From Moniliella sp. 'wahieum' (lineage: Eukaryota), in assembly GCA_003971905.1 (NCBI GenBank), contig RSEE01000089.1, positions 186,001 to 250,000 on the forward strand: a stretch of DNA of 64,000 bases. The letters are read 5' to 3'. Of the stretch, positions 42,416 through 55,396 are shown piece by piece (within the stretch, counting starts at the first letter, position 1; each line of letters opens with the position of its first letter). The position numbers and the translations under genes are program-made. The notes beneath the pieces were generated by a model. The model did not search any database and was not told where the DNA came from. It saw only the letters and a program-made list of their open reading frames with translations.

Positions 42416-44303
42416 GCCGGATACTTCAAGTAGGGCGTGGAAACGAAGGTGTACCAATACCGTGTATCGGGGTGAGGAGAGGCGTGACAACAACAAAAAG
42501 CAAACTGAAGGGATGGGACACAGGTAGTGGTGGTGGTGGTGGTGGTGGTAGAGAATGTGGCAAGCCGCGTCCCGCTCCCGCGCGCACTACTGCTGTATAA
42601 GTTCTCAGCGACGGATGGGGGATCCTGGATCTGTTGAGGCCATTGAGGGCGCAGCACGATTGATGCATGATGGCTGTAGCTGCTCTCTGGCGGTACGTGG
42701 TGGGGTCGCTTCGCTCTGAGCTATGCTGGCTTCGGCCGCGCGCGGGTAGAAAAGTGCCGTGAGATCCAAGTCTAGAAATCCGTGTGGAGGTGGATTGTCG
42801 ATGGAAGCGCCGTCTTCGGTGGGAGCGAGACCAAGAGCAAGAGCGAGGCGTAGGTTTTTGCAATGCCCAATGGCGCCTGTGACATGTGAAGCATGATGCA
42901 TGAACAGCGCGAGCGAGCTCTATAGGTGGCTGCAGTAGCGCAGCACTGATGCATGGTGTCGATGACTTGAACGGTGACTGCAGGGCAGGGCCTTCCTATA
43001 ATATAGTAGCTTCCGTACCGCACGGTGTCTTCCAACCCCGCGCCTCTATCAAGTCAGAATGTCAGCCTGGCGTGAAGACCCACCATCTTCTCTCCCACCC
43101 CGCCGCTCTGAGGGCCAAACAGTGAACCCAACCCAAGCTGGGCCGTCCGACGCGCGGGCAATTGATTCGGTCGACTATATGAGTAAGCACCTCCCCCCGA
43201 GAGTGGAATTGAAATATCAAATAATCGTGAGTCGTTGGGGGGGGGGGGGGGGGGGGGGGGGGGCAATCTGCCAGCCCCGGTTCCTCCATGGACTCCGCAG
43301 AGAATGGAAGGTGCGAGAGTCCAACGGTCGATGGCCACAGCGCGTTTGAACTGCTCGCCCCACCTACCCGCCGGCTCGTTGCCGCCAAGCCCCACTTGAC
43401 GCGCATTCTGGTCCGTATCTTTTCAGCCGTGGTGAGCGGGTGGGCATCGCAGCATGTGTGTTTCCTTTCCTTTCCTTAAGCGCTGGCTTATTCCGGTTGT
43501 TTTCCTGGCCAGCCCCACGTGGACAGATGTGTGGTTTCTATCATGCACCTCTCTGTCCTCCGTTCAGTACTCAGTGTGCACCATCGAAAAATAGATCGTC
43601 GATCGCCGTTGGTTGTTGAGGATCGCGGCTGTGCAGCCCTATTGTGTAGCGGTGACGTGGACGTGCCGCGTCATCTTGCGCTTCAAGCTTCACAGTGGTT
43701 CCAATAGTGGCAGCCCAATCAAAGCCCATTCATCAGGTAAGACAAGACGACATTCATCATGATTCGTGAGCTGAGCGAGGGAATGCCCTCAATACCTACG
43801 TATTTTTATGGTGCTGTAGAACCCTGCCAACTGCCGAGGCTCGGAGCGCCAAGAAGCGGAGAGTAGGACGGGGACCATGCATCCATCTAGGTGCGAAAGA
43901 AGGTGGGGGGTAGAGGGGGGGGGGGGGAGTCAAACGAGGCCAGCAGCAGAACTAGAGCAAAGAAAGATCGACAATACCAGACTGCAAGAGAGAGGTGGGG
44001 GCAGGACGGACTTGACAAACCAAAGATACACGACAGCACAGGAGAAACAAAAGGACATAGGACAAGGACAAATGGCAAAGGGAAGAGGAGAAAGGAGAAA
44101 GGAGAAAGGTCAAAAACAAAGGGAAGAATTGAAACGAGGGGCACAGAAGGAGCGCATTGTGGACTGGAAAAGGGAACACGGACGAGACGGGAAAGCTAGA
44201 ACGGATGTGGGGCCAGGGATGGGGGGGGAAGGACAGTCAGCGACAAAGCGGATCAAACGAGCGAGGAGGGACGCGGGGGTTGGGGGTTGGGGTTGAAGTT
44301 GGT

Positions 44304-47300
44304 TCAGAAAGCAGGCATGTAGTTCGAGTGCTCCATCCCGTCATTTGCAGCCCCATCCCTGGGCCGGTGGAGAGACCGGTGAATGTGTCGAAAAAAGGGG
44401 AGGCGTCGGTGGAAGAAGCAGGCTCGTCCAGCGTCACGGCCGGCACGCCAAGGAGCGAACTGGAGCCAGGTTCTTGTCCTAGGTTGGGAAACTGCGAAAG
44501 AGGGGCCATATGAGCCGAGAGCGAGCCGGGGTTGGTCATAGAGGCTCGACGTTGAGGCGTAGCGTGTTTTTCCACATCGGGCAACGGAACGGTGGGCATA
44601 GGAGTGCTGCGGAAGGTAAAGTCCCGGAAACTGTTGGTCAGCATCGAAGGACTTTTGGGCAGGGGGAACAAGGGGCCGGAGAGCATGCTGGGAGAACACT
44701 GTAGCTCGTTCCCGGCAGAGCCTGGAGGACCGAGGAAAAGTGGGGGGGCCCAGGGGTGTGGTGTTGGCCAGCGGAGAGGCGCCCACACCAAGGTGGTAGT
44801 CCGACATGGACCGTGCCATCCGCATCCGTGAATCTTTCCCTGACAGATGGTTTGTCGGCGTTTGGAGCAGAGGAATGGGGGTGGAGGGGAGACTGCCTTC
44901 GAGCGGCGAAGCGATGGGCGCTTCGGAGCGCATTGACCAAATCCCAGCGTCCATATCGGACCCCGGTCCCGAGCCCGGCAGGCTCAACGTTGACGATTGC
45001 GGTGTGCCATTCACGATACTCAAGCCAGTTGGGTAATGAGCGACGGACGGAGGCGTGGGTGAGATAGACAGCTGGGTTGGGTACGAAGTCCCCGTCTGGT
45101 CCCGTGCTGACAAAGTGCGTTTGCGCAGCAGAGTGGGCGTAGTCTGGGGCTGCGGGGAGACCGAGCCGACACTTCGACGCAAAGGAAGTGGTGACAAAGA
45201 GGCCATGCCAGCATGGAGCCCTTGGACAGAGAGCGAGTGTGTAAAGCTTGTGGTGCCATGGGTTCAAATGGAGCCCTTCCAACCGCAATAGACGACTGCA
45301 GGTGCTCAGGGGCACTGAGCGAAGATGCCATAGAGGGCGCGCCAAACGCAGGCATACCAGGATTCGACGGCATATGGAGCGGGGCTTGCGCAGGAGTGAC
45401 TGGACCTGTTCCAGGCAAGCCAGGGACAAACATGGTGGGTGAGGTCCCCAAAAAGGAGGGATACTGCATTGGGTACGGTGGGTGAGGAGCGCCAGTCATG
45501 ATTTGACCGTTGTTGACAGGGTCCATGGATGGGCGCCTCATACCCGTGGGAGGGGTCAACAACGAAACTCGCGGAGTAGGGTGGCCGCTTGTGTGGTCTT
45601 TTCCACACATTCAATGTCCCACACCAAGACAAGCTTGACTGTGCCCACTTTCTGTCCAGGGGAGCTCAAGCCATCAAGCCCCTCTGCCATGATTTGCTTG
45701 ATTGAGGCAGCACACGCTCATCTGCCACCACAAACTCTTGGATCAGAGCAATGCCCGCCACGGCCATACCCAGGGCAGCACGTTCACTCGGTTCTTTCCC
45801 AAACGTGGGAGAGTCATTGCCCGAGGCAAAGTTAACAGGGTGGCTGCGGCTCAGCAGGTCAGCCCAGAAGTCGGTGGCAAACGGTGCAAAGTGACTAAAG
45901 CAATGCGAGGGGGTGGAGCCTGCATTGGAGGTGGCCGGGGAAGAGATACGGCGGGGTGGCTCCAACGGCTCGACGAGAGTGAGAATGCGTTTTCCGTGGG
46001 AAAAGACCGTGGTGACCGAAGTTAGCCGGTGCGCCTCTGTGCTTGTGAGGGTGAGTTGGGTGCTGAATTGGTCAAAGTCCGGCAGGAACACATCGGCGTG
46101 AGGGATGCTCAGGGGAGCATAAAGGTGCAAAAACGGCAGGACAGCTGCTCAAACATGTGAGCCAAATGAGGGAAGCGGACCTGCCCCAGATGGACCGTGC
46201 TGATGGGCTTACTAGCCCCAACCACGCTTGTGCTGGACTCTGCCCTCTTGCCCATCTCGACATAGACGTGCCGCTCGTCCGTGTCGCTGCAGTGAACCCA
46301 CATAGAAAAGTTGGTGGGAATGACCGAAGGCATGTTGGAAGGTGAAGGGGGGCAGTCAAGCTGGGGTCCTTGATGCGGTGAACATTGCCTTGCAACGCGT
46401 CATTGACCGCTTCCCACCCAGGCAGGCCATACGGCCCACTTAATCCGCCATAGCCGAACTAGCTAGGGTGAGTGCATACATCATTCCACCAGCGGGGACA
46501 TAAAAGTCCTCCTCAGAGCGCGGCTCTGCAATCAGGTTCAAAAATTCGGCATCATCCTTGCGCACATTTTTGAGAACTTGAATGTGACTGGAGACTTGCT
46601 TGCGTGAGCGTTGCTTTCCCGTCTTGCGGTTGATGTAATCCGCGATCATTCGTTCCGACCACACGCTTTTCCATGGACGAGCACTTTGCGACGCCCAAGC
46701 TTGGGAATAAACCGAAGAGCTGTGAATACAAAAAAAGTTCGTTAGTCTGCCCTCCTTCCAAAACTGAACTCCGGCCCACGTACCTTCCCAAAATGCCACC
46801 TCCACATCATCTGGCCATACGTCTGTATTTTTCGCTGCCGCCGCTGCCCTGGCCGAGGCGGAGGTGGAAGTCGGGGTTCGATTTGCGGCCGCTTTGGCGG
46901 GGGGCTGGTAGCAGCTAAGCCGTCAGGCCCTTCGTGGTAGGGGCGAACTGTTGGAGCCCAGGGATGCACCGCTGGGGGGACGAGCTGGAGTCTTGGTGGA
47001 GGAGCCAGTCTCGGTTGTAGGCGCTTGTTCTAGGGGTGTGGACGCAGCAGCGTCTGATGGGTGGTGGGCACGATCCGGGGTGGCCGGGATAGCAGACGGG
47101 CTGCCGGGGAGCAAGGTCTGGGCGGGGTCAGAAGCAGGCGACGGCAACTCCCCAGGCAGGTCGTCGTCCGAGCCGACATCAACGTGATCGGCACCAGTGG
47201 GAGAGAAGGTGGCAAGACCAGGCGGAGGCACAATGTCGTGGGTGCGGCGGCGCTTGGAGTGGTGGCGTCGGGTGAGAGGAAGGCGGCGGAAAGAGCGTGG

Positions 47301-47501
47301 GAGGAGTGGAGGGCAGAGTGGGGAGAGGCGATGCGAGCGGTCAAGCGGGGGCGAGAGAACGAAGTCGGGGGTGCGCAGAAAGGCAGTGAAGGCATCGTCA
47401 TCTCGGGGCGGCGCCGCCAGCAGCGCGCGAGCGCGGAGGAGGGGTGGAGGGGGTCCGCGGCGGGGGGAGGGTGGGGGCGGGGTGCCGCGGGCAGCAAGCA
47501 T
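44304..47501 (-). CDS. TEA/ATTS-domain transcription factor (Tec1/AbaA/TEAD family); intron ~46720-46782
   Basis: VWPDDVEVAFWE / LRFIPKLGRRK..IADYINRKTGKQRSRKQVSSHIQVLKN, followed by LTSVTTVFSHGKRILTLVE..FATDFWADLL and a long Pro/Ser-rich activation-like tail. Confidence 0.92.
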
Positions 47502-47779
47502 GGCGGGGGGAAGGGGGGGGAGGGTGGGGGGGGGGGCGGAGAGGAGAGGAGAGGAGGGAGAGGAGCGGGTGGGGGCGGAGGGGAGAAGGAGCCAGAAAAA
47601 ATGCGCTGACGGGCTGGGGAGGGGGGCTGAGCCTCAGCAGCAGACGGGGGCTGAATGATTTCAGTTCTGGCCCGTCGCGTCGATTAACGATTGCTGCTGG
47701 ACGCGGCTGGGCAGTGAGCGGTTGAGGCTGATCGATCGCTGATCTGAATACGTGTCCTCACCACAGGCACCGGTGATAG

Positions 47780-50304
47780 TGACTAGTGACTAGTGACCGC
47801 CGTCGCCTGCCGCAAGGAGCAACTAGTAACTAGTAACTACCGCCCAGCATCCGACATCCTCCCCAGGCAGGAGCCACTACGCCCCCGTGCGGACGCACCC
47901 ACGCCCAACCCTGCTGCTCGCACCTCCCCGCGGGAGCAGGGTGCGCTTGAGCAGCCGCTGCGCCCGGCGCTACACTGCCCTCCCCCCCGCCCTCCCTCGC
48001 CTGCCCTGCCCTGCCCTACTTGGCCAGCCAACCCTCCCACCCCCACAGGGGCAGTGTGGCCCGTACTCGAACTGGCCAGTCCCTTACTGTACCATTTAAT
48101 ACTTATCATGCATCGCCGTCATCGGTCATCGCTATCGGCGCCAATCCCTAGTCCTGCATCCTGGTCAGTGATTTATGGTTCACCCGATGAACGTGATTAA
48201 CGTTACACCGTCCAACCCTTCCATTGAAGCGAGTGAATATTGAGTTCGCAGCACCTGGTCAGTACGTACACCCATGCGACGTGCCATCGATGCGGGGCGG
48301 GGATGGAGCCGGGCACTGGAGCACTGGGTACTGGGGGGGAGGGCACCACGGCCATCGACCACCAGCATATTGGCGCACTGGGGGTGCCTACTACTGCCCC
48401 CTCCTCGATCCTGGCCAATGCTAATGCGCTAATGCATAATGGGATAGGGGAATCGAGGCCCGAGGACAAATGACGCGGTGACGCGGAACCTCACTCAGTC
48501 AGTAACTAGTAAGTAACTCGTAACATGTGATGTATGATGCATGATGCATGATGATCAACGGTTGATGATCTGCAGAGGGTGCGGCGGCACTGTGGCCCAG
48601 CACGACCAGCACGGCCCAGCCAAGACGCTTTTTGTTCGCGTGACTACATTTCCCCCAAAGTTGAACGTTGAACGTTGAAAGTACTTGAACGTTGAATATT
48701 GAAAGGTCCATGCACGGGGGAAGAAGAGACCACCAACCGCCGCCTTATCGAAGTGACTAGTCGCTAGCCCACGGAGTAACTGAGTACTGAGTGACACACG
48801 ATTACTGAATACTGGTGCCGAACGGGCCACACTATGGGCGTATCGCCTGCCCCAGTGTGCTCGTTCTTTTGTCATCGTTTCTGGTGATAGTGAGCGCTAG
48901 CGCATGGCGGCATGCCTGCGCACAATGATTAATGGCCAAAGACGCCGACAGCCCCCCAAGCAATTGGGCTCATGTATTGGCCAATGCCTCAACCCCTATC
49001 GGTCCAATGAATCCGTCCTGTGTTCTGGATGAAAACTGAGCTGAATAGTGAATCTCACCGCCATCCGAGGAACGTGTGGGCCATGCAATTTACAAAGAAA
49101 AGGTTTAAAGAACAGTAAGAATGGCAAGGTGCCAGTGGGTTCGGACTGGCCTGATGCATGATGCACGATGCATGGTGGCGATTCCACTGTCTTCGTGAGT
49201 AGGTTGGCACGACAGCTCAGCCTGACCGCGCCCACATGCACCCGATGAGCGGGGGCCTGTGATATAGAGGCAGTGTGTCTTTGTCCCAGCCTTATTAAGC
49301 TCCACCCTTACTATTAATGTCATAGTTTGGTTGATCGATGATCTTGCTCCCATTTCCAATTTCTTCGTCTCGAGCGTCGCGCTCCTTTCCTGTTTTCTTC
49401 CACTTCGCACCATGCCCTCTGTTCTTGCTTCTTCCCCACGAACGATTGCTACACCCCTTGGCCTAGTCCGATTCTGGTCTCCCTCGCCTTAGCCCCGACT
49501 GTGACAATTAAGCTCTGTAAATATGAAACGGTAATGTGAATATTGAATGCAGAGAATGTAGAACCAAAGGAGAAAAGAACCTCATTAATCATTTTATTGT
49601 TTCGGTCTGTCACTAGTGTCACTAGTCACTTCCATCAGCATCACTAGCTTCACTAGCCACTAGCCACTAGTCACTAGTCACTAGTCACTCAATCATTAAT
49701 CACTCCGGCGCCACAGAAGGGTCAAAAGGAAGGCCTAAACTCCAAGGCCTAATCGACCTAAGGCCTAAGGCTTAGGCCTAATCGATAATCGGCGCGTAAG
49801 GCGTAATCGACGTAATCGACCAATCCACATTCAGCACGTTCAACGTTCAAAACGTACAAGGTAAGGTGCACAGGGCAAAATTCCGACGGCGACCGGTGAG
49901 GTGGCCGGTGATGTTTGACCCACAAAAAATATAAATGGTGCCTTCCGCTTTATGCGACGGGTCGATTGCCTCACAATGAGCTTACCCACACCTCCAGACC
50001 CTTAATCTTCTTAGCTTCGGGACGTTCAACGTTCAACGTTCACGACGTTCACGCTCCCCATAGTGCATCCGTCCATTCTTCTGATCCAACACTTCCAGAC
50101 ACCCGCGTGCGCGTGACCCTCCTCCACACTTACACCCACCAAATGTGTTCGGGATCTCAGATCCCATTTGACATGCTGACCGGCGACCGACGATGACCCC
50201 GCACGTTTCTCTGTTTCCTTCTGTTCATTTGCCCCACTCCTACCCTTGTTTGATTCGCCCGGGTTCGTTGGCTCCACAACTCAGTACTGAGTACTGAGTA
50301 CTGA
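47780..50304. repeat. Multiple heptamer palindrome arrays upstream of the TEA gene
   Basis: CTAG arrays 47780-47796, 47821-47836 and 49611-49687; TGCA 48535-48551; ACGT/ATAT 48662-48702; GTAC 48781 and 50281-50304; GGCC/TCGA 49731-49826; ACGT 50022-50042. Confidence 0.85.
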
Positions 50305-53300
50305 ACTCATATACTCAGTTGAGACTTCACAGATCGCCATGCTTCTCCCCTCCCCACAACCATAATCTAAAGCGCTTTTAAGCTTTTATTGATTCGGCGC
50401 GACGCTGATCGCGCTGATCAAAATGGTTATGATTCTCTCCCATAGTTTTCCAGATCTTCTCCGTTTGTAACTCCAAGTCTCGACAGAGCGGCACACCCCT
50501 CTGGTTTGCCCTGTGCAGGAGAGAGACCGCGAAAAGGCTATTGCCGTTAACCACACAACAGGCCTCATGGACCTCATCTGATGGATGTGCTGGGTCAGCT
50601 GAACCTGGTACTTTTTCCCTCAGTCTCTCTACTACCATAAGCGGTCCATTTCGAAAAGGGATGACAACGTTCCCCATATCAGATCGGTGGCACTGTCGTG
50701 CTGACGTCTTCGTGCTAGCATCGTGCTCGCAGTCCTGGGCAATGCCACCAGGTAGATACTGCTTCGTCGTCGATCCTCCGGTGGGAAAGAGCAAGACTGG
50801 GACTCTGCTCCGGACCCATCTCGCTCCGGACCCATATCGTGACAAAACGGAGCGGCGCTGCCACAGCTGTCACAGTCGGGGCCAAGGTGAGAGAAACCAG
50901 AGTCGAGACTAGGTCAAGGGATATAGCAATCGTGCGTGCCAGGGAAGAAGCAAGAGCATATAGCACATGATGCGAAGTGGAAGAAACAGAGAAAGAGCGA
51001 AGAGACGCTCGGGACAGAAATTGGAAATGGGAGCGAGATCAGCCAAATTATATGACACCAGCCCAAGGGGTAGATAAACACAACCTCTTGTCCACTCGGA
51101 CCACGGTTGTACTGAGTTTGCCCTCTTTACATTATATGCTTCTTCGCTTTAGTACTTCCAAACGAGGGGTGCGAAACGGTAGTGGCAGCAATCACAAGGT
51201 GCAGTCTTCCAGCCGAAGTCACGACAGCACGTTCCCTCCTACAAGATCAAAGCATGGCGACAGCGCATTTCCTATCATGCAGATCGGGTAACTCGGAATG
51301 GCCGTCCCAATCCTGCCACCTGTTATCTTTTGAGGAGCTAACCGTTGCGGCAGGCTATCCCATCGCTTTAGTGCAGCACAGTGGCATACACTCTAGTCAA
51401 CGAAGACGATAAGGAACTTCTTGTCGCCCCAGGCTTCTCCTCTGCGCCTATTTGGGTATATGATATGAGACGAAGGAAATGGCTATTAGAGTGGGCGAAC
51501 AGCAAGGGTCGCAGTGACGGCTCACCGGGGTGCAGGGTACGCTGAGATGGGGGAGGACGGTAGAAACCACTACCTTTGCGCTCGAAGACCCGAGCCGTCA
51601 ACTGATTTTGCTTCGGCCGCGATCGCGGAGCCGAGGCCGCACGTGCCTAGTCCTGCCGTGTTGGAGCTTAAGAGAGGCATGAGAACAGGGACGATACAAC
51701 TGGCTTGCGGAACCGGTCGTTTTGGTGCAATAAACGTGCGAACTCTATGGGGGCAACAGGGCAAGGGACGAAACCGTCAGCAATATCACCTGCCACGCCA
51801 TCCCACTGCCGCTGCTGATGCGACCGCCGTGGGAATAGTGAGGGCAATGTCGGGATGTTCCCCTCCGGGGGCGGACCCGCCACAAGGAGTATGAAGCGCA
51901 ACGATGCGAGCGAGTGGAAGCAATAAGCGTTCCACAAGATGAGATGAAGAACTTTGTCGGAGGACCGTGACCAGAACGGGATGGGCTTCAGGCATATATA
52001 TATGGAGACACTATGACGGTGGATGGACAGAAGGGCGAAATGGGTCCCACAAACTTCGTGTAACTATAGCAATTTACCGGAGAAGGTTAACTGTTCTTTT
52101 TACCGGATATCTCTCTTTCTATAAAAAGAGAGTAGTAGGAGATTGGTCGGAACGATGTACTACCATAGCTGGATGTGGAATAGTACTACGAAGTCCATAC
52201 CACCAATCTCACGGAGGATGGGATGAACGAGCTACTAACATCGCGATCCACGGATGGGCCAAGAACCGAGAATGTCGATGAGTCTGCAAACCAGCAGGCT
52301 GTTGTAATGAGCATAGTCTTCGCCGTCCTGTATCAAAGCAGGTGTACCGGCCGCGGCACTTCGACTCTGTCCAGACCTCGCTCTGCCCCGGCCCAAACTC
52401 TTGGGCGGCATTGCATTGGGCCGCAGGGATGACGCAGCGCCCACGTACAACCCATGCGTCCCTTTTCCCTTTTTTTGTCTTGACCTGGACCACTTCAGAG
52501 GCACTACTCTTCCGTTCGCTTTCCGACGCTGGCCCGGCTGACTGGCTCACTCCCATACGCTCACCGTCACCCCGATGACCAATAATCAAAACGGCGTTTT
52601 GTTTCCCGTGAAGCCCCGCCTATAACCCAATCCTCACAGTCGGCCACATATTGGGCAAGCAGGCTCAGGCGCTCAGTAGAACGTGGGCACCCCCCCGGTC
52701 ACCCGCATTTCCCGTCTTGTCGCACCAATCTACTGGTTTCCAGACAAGGGCAACTTTTCTTCTGCTGGGGCGCAAGCCACACACACCACGTTCCGGTGCT
52801 CCACAACTTCCACTGTTTTTTGCATTATAGTCTCCTGTCGCCAGTTGTGCCTTTTGAATCTCTGCTCCTGTAATCCATCCACAAGGTCCACAGTCCCTGC
52901 CCCTGCAGTTTTAATACGAGACCAATTCGCGGCAGTGCTCCACCCCCCCTGCCTTTCCTAAAGAGAGACTCAGAGGTGCCCGATGAGCAGCAGCTCGGAG
53001 TTACCCGACATGTTTTTGCGAACAGTAAGACCTCGGCCATGTGTATATCCATCATGATGTGCCTAATATACAGATGGGGCAGAGATTGATGCGTCTCGCG
53101 TTGCCGGGTCACATACATACACCCAAACTCTCGGCTGTGCACATATACGGCTCTGTTCTACATATTCTCCTTGACCCTTTATTGTCTCTCTCTCTTCAAG
53201 CGTTTTGTTTATCGCATGATTAATGATTGATGATTGCTTCTCCTCTGTTCCATGCAGTCTGAACTTGAATACCATCGTCATACAAAACAACTCTCCTTCA

Positions 53301-53801
53301 CTCGTCCTCCCATGCGGGCCTGGGGCCCAAAAGGACGACAGAGGATGATACTACTAGAGCTCGAGCTAGGACTATCACAGAGACTACTAGCACCCCCTCC
53401 TCTACGGTACTACTGATATAGCCAAGTAACAGGGTGGATTCGGGCAAGCATACGCACCGTCAAGCTTCAAATGTCGAACTATAGCGAAACCCACGAAAGA
53501 ACCAGGCTTTGCGTCCTTCGTCGATCGTCGCCAGTCGAGCGCGACTGGCTAAGTGTCTGTGTGGCGTGGCGTGCGGCGGGATCCCAAGGCCCTCCCCATA
53601 ACCCTTTTCCTCTCCCCGCCGCCCGCCCACGCAATCCACCCGGCAGGTCTGCTAAACACACAAAACACACACAACGGGGCAGGTGAGCACAAACAAGCTC
53701 ACGTGCCAAGGCATAACTTTGGGTGCATGGGCAGCTGACAGCCGACAAGGCTTCTCAGATCTCAACCCCTGCTGACATGAACCAAAACAACAACTGATTG
53801 C

Positions 53802-54718
53802 CTAGTGCGACCTAGGCCTCTCAACTCCGGTACTCAGGCACAAGCGTACGACTCGAGCTCCTGGGGCGTGCTCTCGTCGTCCGAGGCACAATCGGGGGCA
53901 GGAACGGTGGTCAAGTCCTGTTGTTGCTCTACTAGCTGCCTCGCGCACTTGGCGCTGGAGCGCATTGGCATCCGTGTCGGACAAAAACTGAATGGTGATC
54001 GGGCGGTGGGTCGAGACGGGGCAGGCACGCGGTACCGAGGCCGGCGTCGGTGGCACGAGACTCAGCCCATCCAACTCGGTCATCAGAGCACGCTCGTCGC
54101 GCGCTGCGGGATCGAGCGAGGCATGCTGCAAGTTGGCTTCCAATTCGGCCAATGCCAAGCGGTCCGACAAGACCTGCTGCATCGACTCGATCGTCGTCTC
54201 GAGTTGGCGACGGCACTCGGGCGGATAGGCAGCGCTGTTGGGTGCGTGCAGCGACGCTTGGCGTTGCTTGATTGTCGCTTGCAATTCAGCAATCGACATG
54301 CGCCGGGGCGACTTGGATGCACCCGTGTGCGGCGCGGCACAAACGCACTCGCCCGCGCGCGCATACGCGGTTGCAGCGCGTCCAACTCCGCCTGCGCCCG
54401 GGCCACCTCCGACGGAGGCGACGTGCCAAACACACTGGTCGCTACCGTACTCGCGCTGGTGGGCGACGAGGAGAGCGACGCAGACTCGTCGGTACACCGA
54501 GAGGGAGAACGGTGGGTGCGCGTCGCAGCGCGGGCGCGGCTAAAAATGGGCGAGCGCTCGCCAGGAGGCGACAGGCCATAGGGGGCCGTGCTGGAGCGGA
54601 CACCGCCTGTGCCCGGGAGGGCAAGAGGGATGGAAGACGTGCCCGAGGCGGGGACGTTGTTCAAAGTAGGGCTGCGGCGAACAGCTAGATCGGCTTGCGT
54701 CGTACGGATGGGAGCCAT
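53802..54718 (-). CDS. Hypothetical protein with Ser/Pro-rich N-terminus and helical (coiled-coil-like) C-terminus
   Basis: Coding-like ORFs MAPIRTTQ...SPPSEVARAQAELDALQ and MSIAELQATIKQRQASL..LETTIESMQQVLSDRLALAELEANLQ; TATAAAA on the minus strand near 54939-54945 and a pyrimidine-rich 5' UTR. Confidence 0.6.
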
Positions 54719-55396
54719 GATGGACGCACTGCTGGCCACATAGACAAAGCCGGGATGATACGGGGGTTGGAGGCGTAGCGACGACCGGGTGGGGGTCGGA
54801 TCGAACGAAGCAGACGGGCGGCGGAAGAGAGGGGTGGCGTGGGTGCTTGGGGGAGGGGAGAGAGGGAGGTGGGCACGAGGAGCAGAAGCGGGAAAGGGCG
54901 ATGGGAGGCAGCAGCAGCTGGGCTGGCGGCAGCTGGGCTTTTATAGGGCGAGAGGGCCCGGCGTCAGCCACGCTGCCAGCTGGGGGGGCGGCGGGCTGGA
55001 GGGCAGTGTGGCGCGGGAGTGGGGGAGTGTGCGAGTGCGGGAGTGCGGAGTGGGGAGCGCAGGAGCAGGCTGCAGCGCTGCAGGCACCGGGTGGGGGCCA
55101 GGGTTCCGTGCGCCGGCGCTGCTCTGGTGCGGGGGGCGGACGCAACCCTAGGGATGCGGCCGGGGTGCCGCCGTGCCAGCGCCGGGTGGCCGTGTGCCAT
55201 GGTGCGCTCCTCGGGCGCTCGCAACAGCGGCCCCCTGCTGGCATCCACGCTCACGTTGTCATTGCGGGCGGGTGGGTGTGGAGCGGAATGGAGCGGATAG
55301 GGCCTAGGGGGTGGCATGTGGCATGCGACATGTGACGTCGAATGGATGATGCATGATGCATGGTGTCGATGACGCGATGACTCGATGATGACGCCG

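Noticed and set aside
48662..48702. GAA/TTC-containing repeats as heat-shock elements
   Set aside because: HSEs are alternating inverted nGAAn units with a 5-bp period. These are 7-bp direct repeats, and most members of the family lack GAA.
49582..50304. Repeat arrays as a CRISPR array or telomeric/satellite repeat
   Set aside because: Units are 7 bp with no unique spacers, there are no cas genes, the context is eukaryotic, and the arrays are short, internal and differ in sequence.
47780..50304. Palindromic hexamers as a synthetic polylinker or vector contamination
   Set aside because: They do match restriction sites (SpeI, ScaI, AclI, StuI and others), but they are dispersed over many promoters, degenerate and tandemly repeated, with no vector sequence.
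49118..51300. TEA autoregulatory CATTCY sites upstream of the TEA gene
   Set aside because: Only a few scattered matches over several kb, about what chance would give.
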